Below, piece after piece: positions 52,251-60,736 of a DNA stretch of 64,000 bases; position 1 is the stretch's first letter, and each line of letters begins with the position of its first letter. The notes beneath the pieces are model-generated. The model had not been told where the DNA came from, did not search any database, and was given only the letters and a program-made list of their open reading frames with translations. Position numbers and translations under genes: made by a program. Source of the stretch: Candidatus Omnitrophota bacterium (lineage in GTDB: Bacteria; Omnitrophota; Omnitrophia; Omnitrophales; JACQLI01); NCBI GenBank assembly GCA_016179745.1, contig JACPCP010000011.1, positions 41 through 64,040 of the forward strand, in the 5' to 3' direction.

Positions 52251-52718
52251 TCACAACCCGTCTTCTTTGACCAGGCGAAACTGAAGTTCGGGAGACTGGA
52301 TGCCAAAGTTGAAAATTTCCGGCGGCCCGGTCCTCGAAAATGCCAGGTCCGCCTCGACCCGTTCGATCCGGACCTCTTCAACCCCCTGGGATTCTGCCAG
52401 GGCCTTCGACAACCGGACCTTGAGATCGGTGCCTCGGATCCTTGTCCGCCATCCTTGCCCGGAAAGGAGCGACCCGAAATCGTAGCGCACTTCGATCGTG
52501 CCGCTTTGGACCTCGAAATCCTTCTGCCATTGCAGGCGGGAATTCTTTAAGGTGAAGGCGGGTCTCCAGAGGTGGGGCAGAAAAACAGCACGGAAGGGGG
52601 CGCCGGCCTTTGCTTCAAGCCGCTTCAACACCCAATAACCGCTGGCGGTGTTGAGGGCTGCGATCAGGACAAGACCGGCCAGGAAGGGGAGAATCCACCG
52701 GCCTGAAATCCCTTTCAT
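52251..52718 (-). CDS. membrane-anchored hypothetical protein
   Basis: Start ATG 52718-52716 (MKGISGRWILPFLAGLVLIAALNTA...). One N-terminal TM segment, then a ~125-aa beta-rich region with no motif I recognise. It occupies the slot directly upstream of murE. Confidence 0.5.
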   Translation of the reverse strand: MKGISGRWILPFLAGLVLIAALNTASGYWVLKRLEAKAGAPFRAVFLPHLWRPAFTLKNSRLQWQKDFEVQSGTIEVRYDFGSLLSGQGWRTRIRGTDLKVRLSKALAESQGVEEVRIERVEADLAFSRTGPPEIFNFGIQSPELQFRLVKEDGL

Positions 52719-52743
52719 CCGCCACCCGAGAACGGTCTCACGC

Positions 52744-53430
52744 TCAATTCGAATGGGAGCGTTTGGTTTCGAGCGCCTGCTTGACGAGTTCGGTAATCTT
52801 CTTCGGCGTGATGACAATTTCCACCCGCCGGTTCCTCGCCTTTCCCTCCAGGGTGTCGTTGGCCGCCACCGGGTGGAACTCTCCAAAACCGGAGGCAATG
52901 AGGCGTGCGGGATTGACGCCCCCGGACTCCACGAAATAATGAATCACTTCGGTCGCCCGGGCGGTTGAAAGTTCCCAGTTCGAGCGCCAGCCCGAATAGC
53001 GGATGGGATCGTTGTCGGTGTGTCCCTCGACATAAACGAGATGCTCCGGCACCCGGGACTTTAATACGTCGGCCACCTTGTCCAGCGTGGTGCGGGCCGA
53101 ATCCTTGATCTCCGCCTTGCCCGGGTCAAAGAGAACCCGGTCCAGCACGGTCACCACGAGACCCCGTTCCTGCATTTCCACGGAGAGCCCGCCGCCCTCG
53201 AGCTCCGATTTGAGCCGGGTCTCAAGCTCTTCCTTCGCCTTGGTCAGTTCTTCCCGGGAAAATTTCATCCGTTCAAGTTCGTCTTGAAGGCTGCCGACCT
53301 CCCGGTTCAAATCCGCAATCACCCGGGCCTGTTCCCGATTCAAACTTTCCAAATCCTTGTGACGGGCGCATCCCGTAAAAGCCAGAATGACAAAAATCAT
53401 CCCCCACAAAACCACTGGATATCTCTTCAT
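52744..53430 (-). CDS. OmpA/MotB-family lipoprotein with a coiled-coil N-terminal region
   Basis: Start ATG 53430-53428 (MKRYPVVLWGMIFVILAFTGC, lipobox). Coiled-coil segment. OmpA-C-like motifs (GHTDNDPI, NWELSTARA, NRRVEIV). Confidence 0.88.
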   Translation of the reverse strand: MKRYPVVLWGMIFVILAFTGCARHKDLESLNREQARVIADLNREVGSLQDELERMKFSREELTKAKEELETRLKSELEGGGLSVEMQERGLVVTVLDRVLFDPGKAEIKDSARTTLDKVADVLKSRVPEHLVYVEGHTDNDPIRYSGWRSNWELSTARATEVIHYFVESGGVNPARLIASGFGEFHPVAANDTLEGKARNRRVEIVITPKKITELVKQALETKRSHSN

Positions 53431-53516
53431 AAAACCCCCCAAGACTGGTTTAGACCACGAAACTGAGGTAAAGGCTCGCCCCCGAAAAAAGATAGGCCAG
53501 GATCAAAAGAAAGGTG

Positions 53517-53540
53517 TAAAAACCCGGAAGCGCTTCCGGC
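53517..53540 (-). terminator. putative rho-independent terminator after the HD-GYP gene
   Basis: The reverse strand reads CCGGAAGCGCTTCCGG (self-complementary) followed by GTTTTTA, about 40 nt after the stop at 53580. Confidence 0.5.
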
Positions 53541-53579
53541 CGGGCCGCCGGAACATCCGGTCCCTGCTGGGGCGGTGCC

Positions 53580-55184
53580 TCAATTCGTATGCGTGACTCT
53601 TTTTTGGCGGGGTCCATCATTTCCTCCGGTCAGTTGGGTTTGTCGGACGGACCTCGGCAGCTCTGTCGCCGCCTGACTGACAAGATCATAGAGGTCCTTG
53701 CGTCGAATGACTTTCAAGAAACTTTCCACGACTTTCGGATCAAACTGGCTGCCGCTATTCTCACGGATCTCCTCCAGGGCCTCCTCGACGGAAAGCCGCT
53801 TGCGGTAGACCCGCTGGGAAATCATGGCCAGGAAGGAATCCAGCACCGCCACGATCCGGGCCCCAATCGGGATCTCCTCTCCCCGAAGCCCCCGGGGGTA
53901 TCCCTTTCCGTCGTAACGCTCCCGATGGTGAAGGATGATCGGCAGGACGGGTTTGAGGGAGCTGATGCTTTTGAGGAGTGAGGCGCCCCGAAGCGGGATC
54001 CGTTTGATCTGCTCAAACTCCTTTTTGGTGAGTTTCCCCTTTTTGTTCCAGAGTTTCTCCGGAAACGCCAGCTGGCCCGTGTCGAGGAGAAGGATCGCCC
54101 GCTCCAAATGCATGATCTCCTGCCCGTTCAATTTGAGGTCCTTCGCCACTTCCAGGACGATCTTCCCGAAAACCGGAATCTGACTCCGTTCTCCGCCGTA
54201 GTGGAGCTCGAGGAGGTCGCTGATTGTTTGGATGCTCCCAACGGTCAATTTTTCAGTCTCCTCAAAAAGCTGTGCATTTTTGATCGCCACCACCGCCTGC
54301 TCGGAAAGCGACTTCAAAATTTCCAAATCGGTGGGGGTGAAGGACTGATTATCGATTTTGTCCCGGAGCGTCACGATCCCCACCACATCGTCTTCAATGA
54401 AGGGGACGGCAATGCAATGCCGGTCGAAATGCGACTCGCCGGATTCGGCCAGACGGCCTTCGAGTCCCCGTCCGAGCGGAATCCGGTGTTTTCGGATCGC
54501 CACCTTGCTTTCTCCGAAGGAAAAATAGGGCAGCAGGTGTTTCCCGTCCGGGTCCATCAAAAGGATGGAACAGTTCTTGGCCCGGAGGACCTGCGCACAA
54601 AGGCGCCCGATCCGGGGCAGGAGTTCGCCGAGGTGCAGGGACGAACTGATGACCCGATGGACGGAATGCATCGTCGAGAGCGCCAGGGCCCGGGGGTGCA
54701 CCGTTTCATAAAAATTATTGAGTTCATAAGCCTTATAGGCCAATTCCAGCTGGCTTTGAAGAAAGTGGTTAAAGAGCGGAAGCACCGGGCGGACCTGTTG
54801 TTCCGGTTTTGTGAAGGCGCACAGGATCAGAAAACCCTTGAGGCGGCCGAGGTGCCGGAGGGCAAAGATGGCGCCGTTTCGTCCGTAAGCGCATTTGTAA
54901 AAAGTCGGCAGCTTGTCGAGCTCGGCCGCATCTTTTTCGGCCCATTGGGAAAAGTATTTTTCGAGGAAGGCGGCGCAGTTCATTTGATTGGATTTGGAGG
55001 CCCCGTAAAAAGTGCAGTGTCCCCTGCGGTCCAGCCTCACGAGCCGGTGAGCGCCCGACTCCTCCAACAAATAGATCCAACCGATGGGGTCCCCGAAATT
55101 CTTGAGGAAGGTGCGGTAACCCTCCTGCCACGCAGGGTTCGGTATCAGAAACCGTTCGATAATGCTCTTTTGCTTTAACTTCAT
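53580..55184 (-). CDS. GAF domain / HD-GYP domain protein (putative c-di-GMP phosphodiesterase)
   Basis: 534 aa. GAF-like middle region. C-terminal HD-GYP domain with ILHHRERYDGKGYPRGL. Confidence 0.85.
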   Translation of the reverse strand: MKLKQKSIIERFLIPNPAWQEGYRTFLKNFGDPIGWIYLLEESGAHRLVRLDRRGHCTFYGASKSNQMNCAAFLEKYFSQWAEKDAAELDKLPTFYKCAYGRNGAIFALRHLGRLKGFLILCAFTKPEQQVRPVLPLFNHFLQSQLELAYKAYELNNFYETVHPRALALSTMHSVHRVISSSLHLGELLPRIGRLCAQVLRAKNCSILLMDPDGKHLLPYFSFGESKVAIRKHRIPLGRGLEGRLAESGESHFDRHCIAVPFIEDDVVGIVTLRDKIDNQSFTPTDLEILKSLSEQAVVAIKNAQLFEETEKLTVGSIQTISDLLELHYGGERSQIPVFGKIVLEVAKDLKLNGQEIMHLERAILLLDTGQLAFPEKLWNKKGKLTKKEFEQIKRIPLRGASLLKSISSLKPVLPIILHHRERYDGKGYPRGLRGEEIPIGARIVAVLDSFLAMISQRVYRKRLSVEEALEEIRENSGSQFDPKVVESFLKVIRRKDLYDLVSQAATELPRSVRQTQLTGGNDGPRQKRVTHTN

Positions 55185-55261
55185 TGAAATCTTGGACTTA
55201 TAGGCCTCCCGTTGCTTTTAATTTTAACACCGAAGGGTCCTGGCTGCAATCCGGCCGGGGC

Positions 55262-56401
55262 CTAGACCCTTTCAAAAGGCTCAAAAAGACGTTTGTATTC
55301 ATCCTGAGCGAACCGGTCCGTCATCCCGGCAATGTAATCGCAGACCGCCCGGTAAATTCCGTCTTTTTCAACCCGCTTCCGGACGGAGGGCGCAAGCTGC
55401 CCCGGTTTTTTCACGTAGGCCTCAAAAAGGCAGCGGATAAAACGCTGGCCCTTGTCCGTCATCCGGACCACACGATAATGCTGGTAAACGTGAGCGTGCA
55501 GAAACCTCCGCAACTGTTCCATTTTCTTCGTCATCCCCGGCGAAAATAAGACCAGCGGGCCCTGGACTTTCTGCAGGTCTTTGACTGATTTCACTCCCAG
55601 TTTCTCCAAATGCCGGCGGGTGGTCTCGATCAGGTCCATCACAAGCTGATTGATGAGGAGACGGATGGCCAGCCGGTTGCGGGGAGCGGGTTCGATCCGG
55701 GGGTATTTCTTATGAATGTAATTCAGCGCCTCCTCCCAAAGCCGGGTCCCCCGGAGCTCCTCCTCTGCAATCATCTCCGCCCGGAGACCGTCGTCCAAAT
55801 CGTGGCAGGTGTAAGCAATTTCATCGGCGTGGTCCACCCCCTCCGCCTCCACCGAGCGGAACCGCTTGGAGCGCTGGGCGAAAAAATTCTCCGGGTGTTT
55901 CTTGAGCCCCTCCCGGACCTCGAAGGTCAGGTTCAGACCGGGAAAATCCGGATAGCTCTCTTCCAGCTCTTCGACGATCCTCAAGGCCTGGACATTGTGC
56001 TCGAAACCGCCGTGGCCCTGCATCAGTTCGGAAAGCGCCGATTGGCCGGCGTGCCCGAAGGGACCGTGTCCCAAATCGTGCGCCAGGGCGATCGCCTCGA
56101 TCAGGTCTTCGTTGAGGACAAGCGCCCGCCCGAGGCTGCGGGCGATCTGGGAGGTTTCAATCGTGTGGGTCAGGCGGGTGCGGTAGTGGTCGCCCTCGTG
56201 ATTGACGAAGACCTGGGTCTTGTATTGGAGACGGCGGAAAGCGGTGGAGTGGATAATGCGGTCACGGTCTCTTTGAAAAACGGTCCGGACCTCGTGCTCC
56301 TTCTCCGGCCAGGCCCGCCCCCGGGATTCTCCGCTCCGGACCGCGTAGGGGGCCAGACGGGTTTCTTCCTCCGTCTCCAGCGCCTCCCGGATTTTTTTCA
56401 T
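55262..56401 (-). CDS. dgt: dGTP triphosphohydrolase-like HD-domain protein
   Basis: Start ATG 56401-56399 (MKKIREALE...), an ATGA overlap with the HIT gene's stop. STAFRRLQYKTQVF, RTRLTHTIE and AHDLGHGPFGH motifs. Confidence 0.9.
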   Translation of the reverse strand: MKKIREALETEEETRLAPYAVRSGESRGRAWPEKEHEVRTVFQRDRDRIIHSTAFRRLQYKTQVFVNHEGDHYRTRLTHTIETSQIARSLGRALVLNEDLIEAIALAHDLGHGPFGHAGQSALSELMQGHGGFEHNVQALRIVEELEESYPDFPGLNLTFEVREGLKKHPENFFAQRSKRFRSVEAEGVDHADEIAYTCHDLDDGLRAEMIAEEELRGTRLWEEALNYIHKKYPRIEPAPRNRLAIRLLINQLVMDLIETTRRHLEKLGVKSVKDLQKVQGPLVLFSPGMTKKMEQLRRFLHAHVYQHYRVVRMTDKGQRFIRCLFEAYVKKPGQLAPSVRKRVEKDGIYRAVCDYIAGMTDRFAQDEYKRLFEPFERV

Positions 56402-56880
56402 TTCAAGGCGTTGACCAGTTCCTTGTAGGTCGACCGAAGCGTGTCGGAGAGCACCCGGGTCCCGGCCAAGAGCGGCATGAAATTGGTGTCGCCCCCCCAC
56501 CGGGGCACCAAATGAAGGTGAATGTGTTTTCGGACGCCCGCACCCCCCACCCGGCCGAGGTTGAGGCCCACATTAAAGCCCTGGGGTTTCAAAGCTCGTT
56601 TGAGGGCCGCCAGGCCTTGATCCAGGAGTGCAAGAAAATCAAGCCGCGCCCGGTCCCCCAATTTTTCGAGGGAATCCACGTGCCGATTGGGGACCACCAT
56701 CAGATGTCCGCTGATATAGGGATACCGGTTCAGGATGATGAAATTGTGGGAGGAACGGAGAAGAATGAAATTTTCCGGGTCCTTCTTGGGGGAGGCCTGG
56801 AGGGCCCGGCAGAAGACACAACCGCTCACTTTTTTATTGCGGATATAGGTTTTTCGCCAGGGGGCCCAAAGCCTTTCCAT
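56398..56880 (-). CDS. HIT family protein (Ap4A phosphorylase / GalT-like branch)
   Basis: 160 aa. LWAPWRKTYI, CVFC, NRYPYISGHLMVVP and the histidine triad HIHLHLVPR. Confidence 0.88.
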   Translation of the reverse strand: MERLWAPWRKTYIRNKKVSGCVFCRALQASPKKDPENFILLRSSHNFIILNRYPYISGHLMVVPNRHVDSLEKLGDRARLDFLALLDQGLAALKRALKPQGFNVGLNLGRVGGAGVRKHIHLHLVPRWGGDTNFMPLLAGTRVLSDTLRSTYKELVNALK

Positions 56881-56885
56881 CGGGA

Positions 56886-58517
56886 TCAGGCGATTACTTT
56901 AAGCTTTCCGTAGAGGTCAAGTAAAGCATTAAAGTTATCGAGATCCCAAATCTGGATTTTGGCCTCCTGTGCCATCAGCTTTGCGTTGAGGTCCATGCCT
57001 CCGAGCGCCACCACAATCCGCCGTTGCGTGTTTCGCCGGAACCGTTTTAGTTCTTCGGCGAAGCCGGCCACATCCGCTTCCGTCAGGGTCTCCCGGGCCA
57101 CCTGGCAAAACCAGCGCCCCTGGGAGGTCCGGGCCAAAATCGGAAAATACCGTCCGTTTGTGGGGCGGGTGCCGATTTCCAGAAAGGCGGGGCACTTCAT
57201 TCTTTTTCGGTCGATTTCGACAAGGTCGTTTCGAAACTCCCGGAAGAGAGAACTCACCCGCTCCGTCAAATCCGTCCGGTCCTCTTCCTCGATCTTTCGG
57301 ACTTCTTCGTCCCAACGCTTTTCGAAATGGGCCCGGGCGCCGCTTTTATCAGGATGGAGGTCACGGTCTTTCGTCTGGAAGACATTTCTCAGCCAAAATC
57401 GAAACAAGGGGTCCGGCAGGCGGTAGAAAGAACCGCTCTTCTCCGCCGTCCCCTCTTCGACCAGCCGCTGGAGAAGCTTCCGGGCCTCCGGGGTCTTTTT
57501 CCCGAGATAGGCGGCCACCGGAAGGACCCTCACCCTTCCGTGGGCCAGCGCCAATAAAGTCTTCGAGTAGGGCCGCCGGGAACGGCCCAGGCTGGGCAAG
57601 GTCTGCAATCGGGACTCGAAATGCCGGTTGAGGAGCCCCCGGTCGGAAAAAAGTGTTTCATAAGCGGCCTCCCGCATCCGTTCCCGGCCCCCTTCAAACG
57701 AACCCTTTCTGAGTCCCAGCGTCCGAATCCCCTCAAAAAAAAGGTCGAAGTAGTAAGGCGAGTTGCCCAGGAGGTGGCTCAGGACCCGCCAATCCTCCTC
57801 GGGAATTTTGATTTCAGGATATTTCTCCAAGGCGCACAGCCGGAGCGCCTCGAGCTTGAGGCCGTTCATGGGAATCAATTCGAAATTGCCGAAAAGAAGC
57901 GACAGACGTTCGCCGAAGATCTCGTCGGTTTTGTGCGGTTCGGAACTCGTGGCGAGGTAAAGGGTGTCCTTCTGCACCATCATCTCCTTGCCGAAAAGGC
58001 CGAAGGGGTCGCTGACTTCCAGATCGCCCAGGTTCTGGAACTCATCCAGGATGAGAAGAATTTTTTTCCCGGTCTCTTCCCGCAGGGTCCCCGTCAAGGC
58101 CAGCAAGGCCCGAAACGCCAGACTCGTCCGCTTGTGAAAGGCGTGCTTCTTCGCCTCCCGCATTCCGTCGAGCGTTTTCGGAATGAAGGTCCGGGAAATT
58201 TTGACGAGGGTCTGAAATTCGTCGGGGAAGGGAATTCCTTGCGTGATCAGAAAACCCTGAAGGAGGCCGCCCAGCCATTTTTCGGAAAAACTTTCGAAAT
58301 CGGAGCCTTCGAGGGAAACATAGATGGAAATGATTTCCGGGTCCTTGCGGGCTTCGCCCAAAAACCGGCTGAGGAGCTGGGTCTTTCCAATATGCCGGGG
58401 ACCGACCAGGCCCAGATTCTGCCGGTAGCCCTTCTTCAGCGCTTCGAGACGTTTTCCAAGCCGCTCGAAGATCTCTTCTCTCCCAAAAAGAGGAAACGGA
58501 TTGCTTTCGCCTTGCAT
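56886..58517 (-). CDS. archaeal-type AAA ATPase (PF01637-like) with a wHTH and a C-terminal DUF234/restriction-endonuclease-like domain
   Basis: 543 aa. FGREEIFERL...LGLVGPRHIGKTQLL (Walker A), ILLILDEFQNL (Walker B), wHTH-like LLALAHGRVRVLPVAAYLGKKTPEARKLLQRLVEEG...FRFWL, and a C-terminal ~110 aa with a degenerate REase-like pattern. Confidence 0.7.
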   Translation of the reverse strand: MQGESNPFPLFGREEIFERLGKRLEALKKGYRQNLGLVGPRHIGKTQLLSRFLGEARKDPEIISIYVSLEGSDFESFSEKWLGGLLQGFLITQGIPFPDEFQTLVKISRTFIPKTLDGMREAKKHAFHKRTSLAFRALLALTGTLREETGKKILLILDEFQNLGDLEVSDPFGLFGKEMMVQKDTLYLATSSEPHKTDEIFGERLSLLFGNFELIPMNGLKLEALRLCALEKYPEIKIPEEDWRVLSHLLGNSPYYFDLFFEGIRTLGLRKGSFEGGRERMREAAYETLFSDRGLLNRHFESRLQTLPSLGRSRRPYSKTLLALAHGRVRVLPVAAYLGKKTPEARKLLQRLVEEGTAEKSGSFYRLPDPLFRFWLRNVFQTKDRDLHPDKSGARAHFEKRWDEEVRKIEEEDRTDLTERVSSLFREFRNDLVEIDRKRMKCPAFLEIGTRPTNGRYFPILARTSQGRWFCQVARETLTEADVAGFAEELKRFRRNTQRRIVVALGGMDLNAKLMAQEAKIQIWDLDNFNALLDLYGKLKVIA

Positions 58518-58672
58518 GACGGGAAACTCTCCGCTAGGTTTTGCCCTGACATTTTGGGATCGAAGAGTCGGAATCGAATCGTGGGAGGGAAGTAACTTGT
58601 ATTAAGGCCTTAAGGCGTCCCTGCTCCCGGTCTCCTGCGCTCCCGTTTTTCAAAAATCATTGAAGCGCGATT

Positions 58673-58700
58673 ATGATACTCAGAAAAAATCGGAAATCAA
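58673..58700 (-). promoter_or_regulatory. putative sigma70-type promoter upstream of the ATPase gene (TTGATT - 16 nt - TATCAT)
   Basis: Reverse-strand hexamers at the complement of 58695-58700 and 58673-58678, in the 215-bp gap between the tRNA and the ATPase gene. Motif match only. Confidence 0.3.
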
Positions 58701-58732
58701 GGACGAAATGACGAAACGCCTTCTTAAGGAAA

Positions 58733-58803
58733 AGCGGCTAGCGGGAATCGAACCCGCATCACAAGCTTGGGAAGCTTGGGTAATGCCATTATACGATAGC
58801 CGC
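58733..58803 (-). tRNA. tRNA-Gly (anticodon CCC)
   Basis: Folded by hand. Acceptor GCGGCTA/TAGCCGC, anticodon stem CAAGC/GCTTG with loop TTCCCAA, T arm GCGGG-TTCGATT-CCCGC, D loop with GG, discriminator U. 71 nt, with no encoded CCA. Confidence 0.9.
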
Positions 58804-58807
58804 CGGA

Positions 58808-59722
58808 TCAAAACGATGAGAGCTTCCGGAAAAGTCCGAGCCTTTCTTCGATTTGTTTCAGATCGAGACGCCGCAGGCGGTCCAGGCTGAAATCCTCCAC
58901 CGTGAAAGAGGCAACGATCGAGCCGTAGGCCACGGCTTGCTTTAAATTTTCGAAACTCGTGTCCCCCGTTTTCGCCAAATACCCCATCAAGGCACCGGCA
59001 AAAGAGTCGCCGGCCCCGGTCGGATCAAAAACGGACTCCAACGGAAAGCCCGGCAGGGCAAAAAAACGTCCCTCGTCGAAAACCAGGACCCCGTGCTCCC
59101 CTTTTTTGAGGATGACCTTGGCCGGACCCCAGCGGTGAATTTTCTGGGCGGCCCGAATCAGATTGGATTCCCCGGCCAGTTGACGGGCCTCGTTTTCGTT
59201 GATCACGATCCCGTCCACCCGGGCCAGCACTTTCAAAAGCTCCGGCCTCTTTTTCTCGATCCAGAAATTCATGGTGTCGCAGGCCACGAACCGGGCCTTG
59301 GGTCTTCCAACCTGATCCAGTACCTCTGCCTGGAGAGAGGGGTCGATATTGGCCAGAAAGAGAAATTCGGGCGGGGACTCGAACCGGAGCTCGGGGCTGA
59401 ACTCCGTGAGGACATTCAACTGCGTCTCCAGGGTCTCGGCCGTGTTCAAATCATAGGTGTATTTCCCCCGCCAGAAAAAAGTCTTGCCCGAGGTCCGTTT
59501 CAGATGACTCAGGTCGATGGGTTTTTCCTGAAGGATTTTCAAAAATTCGGACGGGAAATCCTCGCCCACCACGGCCACCAGGCTGACCGGCGTGAAAAAA
59601 CTCGCCGCATAGGAAAAATAAGAGGCCGACCCCCCGAAGGCACGGTCCCGCTTTCCGAAAGGGGTCTCCACCTCGTCAATCGCCACGGTGCCGATCACGG
59701 CCAAAGGAGTTTTATTTTTCAT
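58808..59722 (-). CDS. PfkB/ribokinase-family sugar or nucleoside kinase
   Basis: Start ATG 59722-59720 (MKNKTPLAVIGTVAIDEV...). C-terminal DPTGAGDSFAGAL motif. Confidence 0.85.
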   Translation of the reverse strand: MKNKTPLAVIGTVAIDEVETPFGKRDRAFGGSASYFSYAASFFTPVSLVAVVGEDFPSEFLKILQEKPIDLSHLKRTSGKTFFWRGKYTYDLNTAETLETQLNVLTEFSPELRFESPPEFLFLANIDPSLQAEVLDQVGRPKARFVACDTMNFWIEKKRPELLKVLARVDGIVINENEARQLAGESNLIRAAQKIHRWGPAKVILKKGEHGVLVFDEGRFFALPGFPLESVFDPTGAGDSFAGALMGYLAKTGDTSFENLKQAVAYGSIVASFTVEDFSLDRLRRLDLKQIEERLGLFRKLSSF

Positions 59723-60359
59723 AAGCGTCGAGGGCCTTCCGAAAAGATTTTGCCGCTTGGTAAACATCGGGGGCGTCAAAAACCGCCCGCACCGCTGCGA
59801 CCCGTCTTCCGCCCGCCTCCATCACCTGCCGAACGTTGGTTTGATCAATACCCCCAATGCAGACAAAAGGGATCCGGACCCGCCGGCTCACGGCTTGAAC
59901 CAATTCCAGCCCCACGGGCCGGTATTGAGGCTTGGTCGGCGTCTTAAAGACGGGACCGACTCCAATATAATCGACACCTTCCCGGACCGCTTGCAGGGCC
60001 TGAGAGAGAGAATGGGTGGACCGCCCTACGAAGCAATTTTTCCCCTTCAAGATTTTCCGGACCGCCGCCATCGGAAGGTCGTCCTGCCCCAAGTGAACGC
60101 CGTCTGCCTCGACCGACAACGCCAGGTCCGGACGGTCATTGACAAAAAAGAGCCGTCGGAAGCGGTTCGCAATCTTCCCGAGGCGAAGGCCGATCCGGTA
60201 GAGCTCCCCATCCGTCAATCCCCGGGCCCGGAGCTGCACAATGTCCGCCCCGCCCCGGTAGGCGGCTTCAATTTTCCGGTCGAGACCGGCTTCTTCGCAT
60301 CGGAGATCGGTGACGGCATAGAGCCTAAAATTTTCGAAGACTTTCCTTTTCCAATTCAT
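59712..60359 (-). CDS. thiE: thiamine-phosphate synthase
   Basis: 215 aa. RLYAVTD, IVQLRAR, GVHLGQDD and VCIGGI motifs. Confidence 0.93.
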   Translation of the reverse strand: MNWKRKVFENFRLYAVTDLRCEEAGLDRKIEAAYRGGADIVQLRARGLTDGELYRIGLRLGKIANRFRRLFFVNDRPDLALSVEADGVHLGQDDLPMAAVRKILKGKNCFVGRSTHSLSQALQAVREGVDYIGVGPVFKTPTKPQYRPVGLELVQAVSRRVRIPFVCIGGIDQTNVRQVMEAGGRRVAAVRAVFDAPDVYQAAKSFRKALDAYEK

Positions 60360-60735
60360 AAAGACGAAAACGGATCCGTTGAAACGACGCCGTGCGGGCG
60401 GGGGCCGCCATTTTTGAAAATTCCTCCAGCACCCGTGACGCCTCCTCGGCCCTTTTCAGATTGCTGACCAGAAGGTCTTTCCAGCGGGGCTTCTTTTTGT
60501 CCCGAATCAGGCCCGAGCGCCCCACATCTTCCTCGGAATTCCGGGCCTCGACCAGGAGCCGGTCGGGGACTTTGAAACCCAGGAACGCCTTCGTCAAATC
60601 GTGACGCACCCGCTTGAACCGGCCCGTCAGGCGGCCGTCCCGGAAGTGAAAGCGGGCGATGTCCTCAACGACCCGGATCGCCTCCTTCGCCCGGTTGTAG
60701 TTCGCATCAATCACCCGAAGCAGGTCCCGATGCAT
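60325..60735 (-). CDS. stand-alone homolog of the N-terminal extension domain found in long (cyanobacterial-type) ThiE proteins
   Basis: 136 aa. LLRVIDANYNRAKEAIRVVEDIARF resembles the N-terminus of long ThiE proteins as I remember them. It overlaps thiE by 35 nt in another frame. Confidence 0.6.
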   Translation of the reverse strand: MHRDLLRVIDANYNRAKEAIRVVEDIARFHFRDGRLTGRFKRVRHDLTKAFLGFKVPDRLLVEARNSEEDVGRSGLIRDKKKPRWKDLLVSNLKRAEEASRVLEEFSKMAAPARTASFQRIRFRLYELEKESLRKF

Positions 60736-60736
60736 C

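Noticed and set aside
53443-53579. A short hydrophobic reading frame (…GFYTFLLILAYLFSGASLYLSFVV*) on the minus strand between the HD-GYP and OmpA-like genes.
   Set aside because: There is no in-frame ATG or GTG. The only start is a TTG giving 17 aa, with no SD. The region is better explained by a terminator hairpin.
58570-58578. GGAATCGAA, matching part of the tRNA-Gly T-arm sequence, as a possible att-site repeat marking an integrated island.
   Set aside because: The match is only 9 nt and lies about 160 nt from the tRNA, upstream of the ATPase gene rather than at a distal island border. I saw no integrase. It is likely chance.
58660-58890. Plus-strand 76-aa ORF spanning the tRNA region.
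   Set aside because: It overlaps the hand-folded tRNA-Gly on the opposite strand as well as the 3' end of the PfkB kinase gene. It has no motif or start context to support it.
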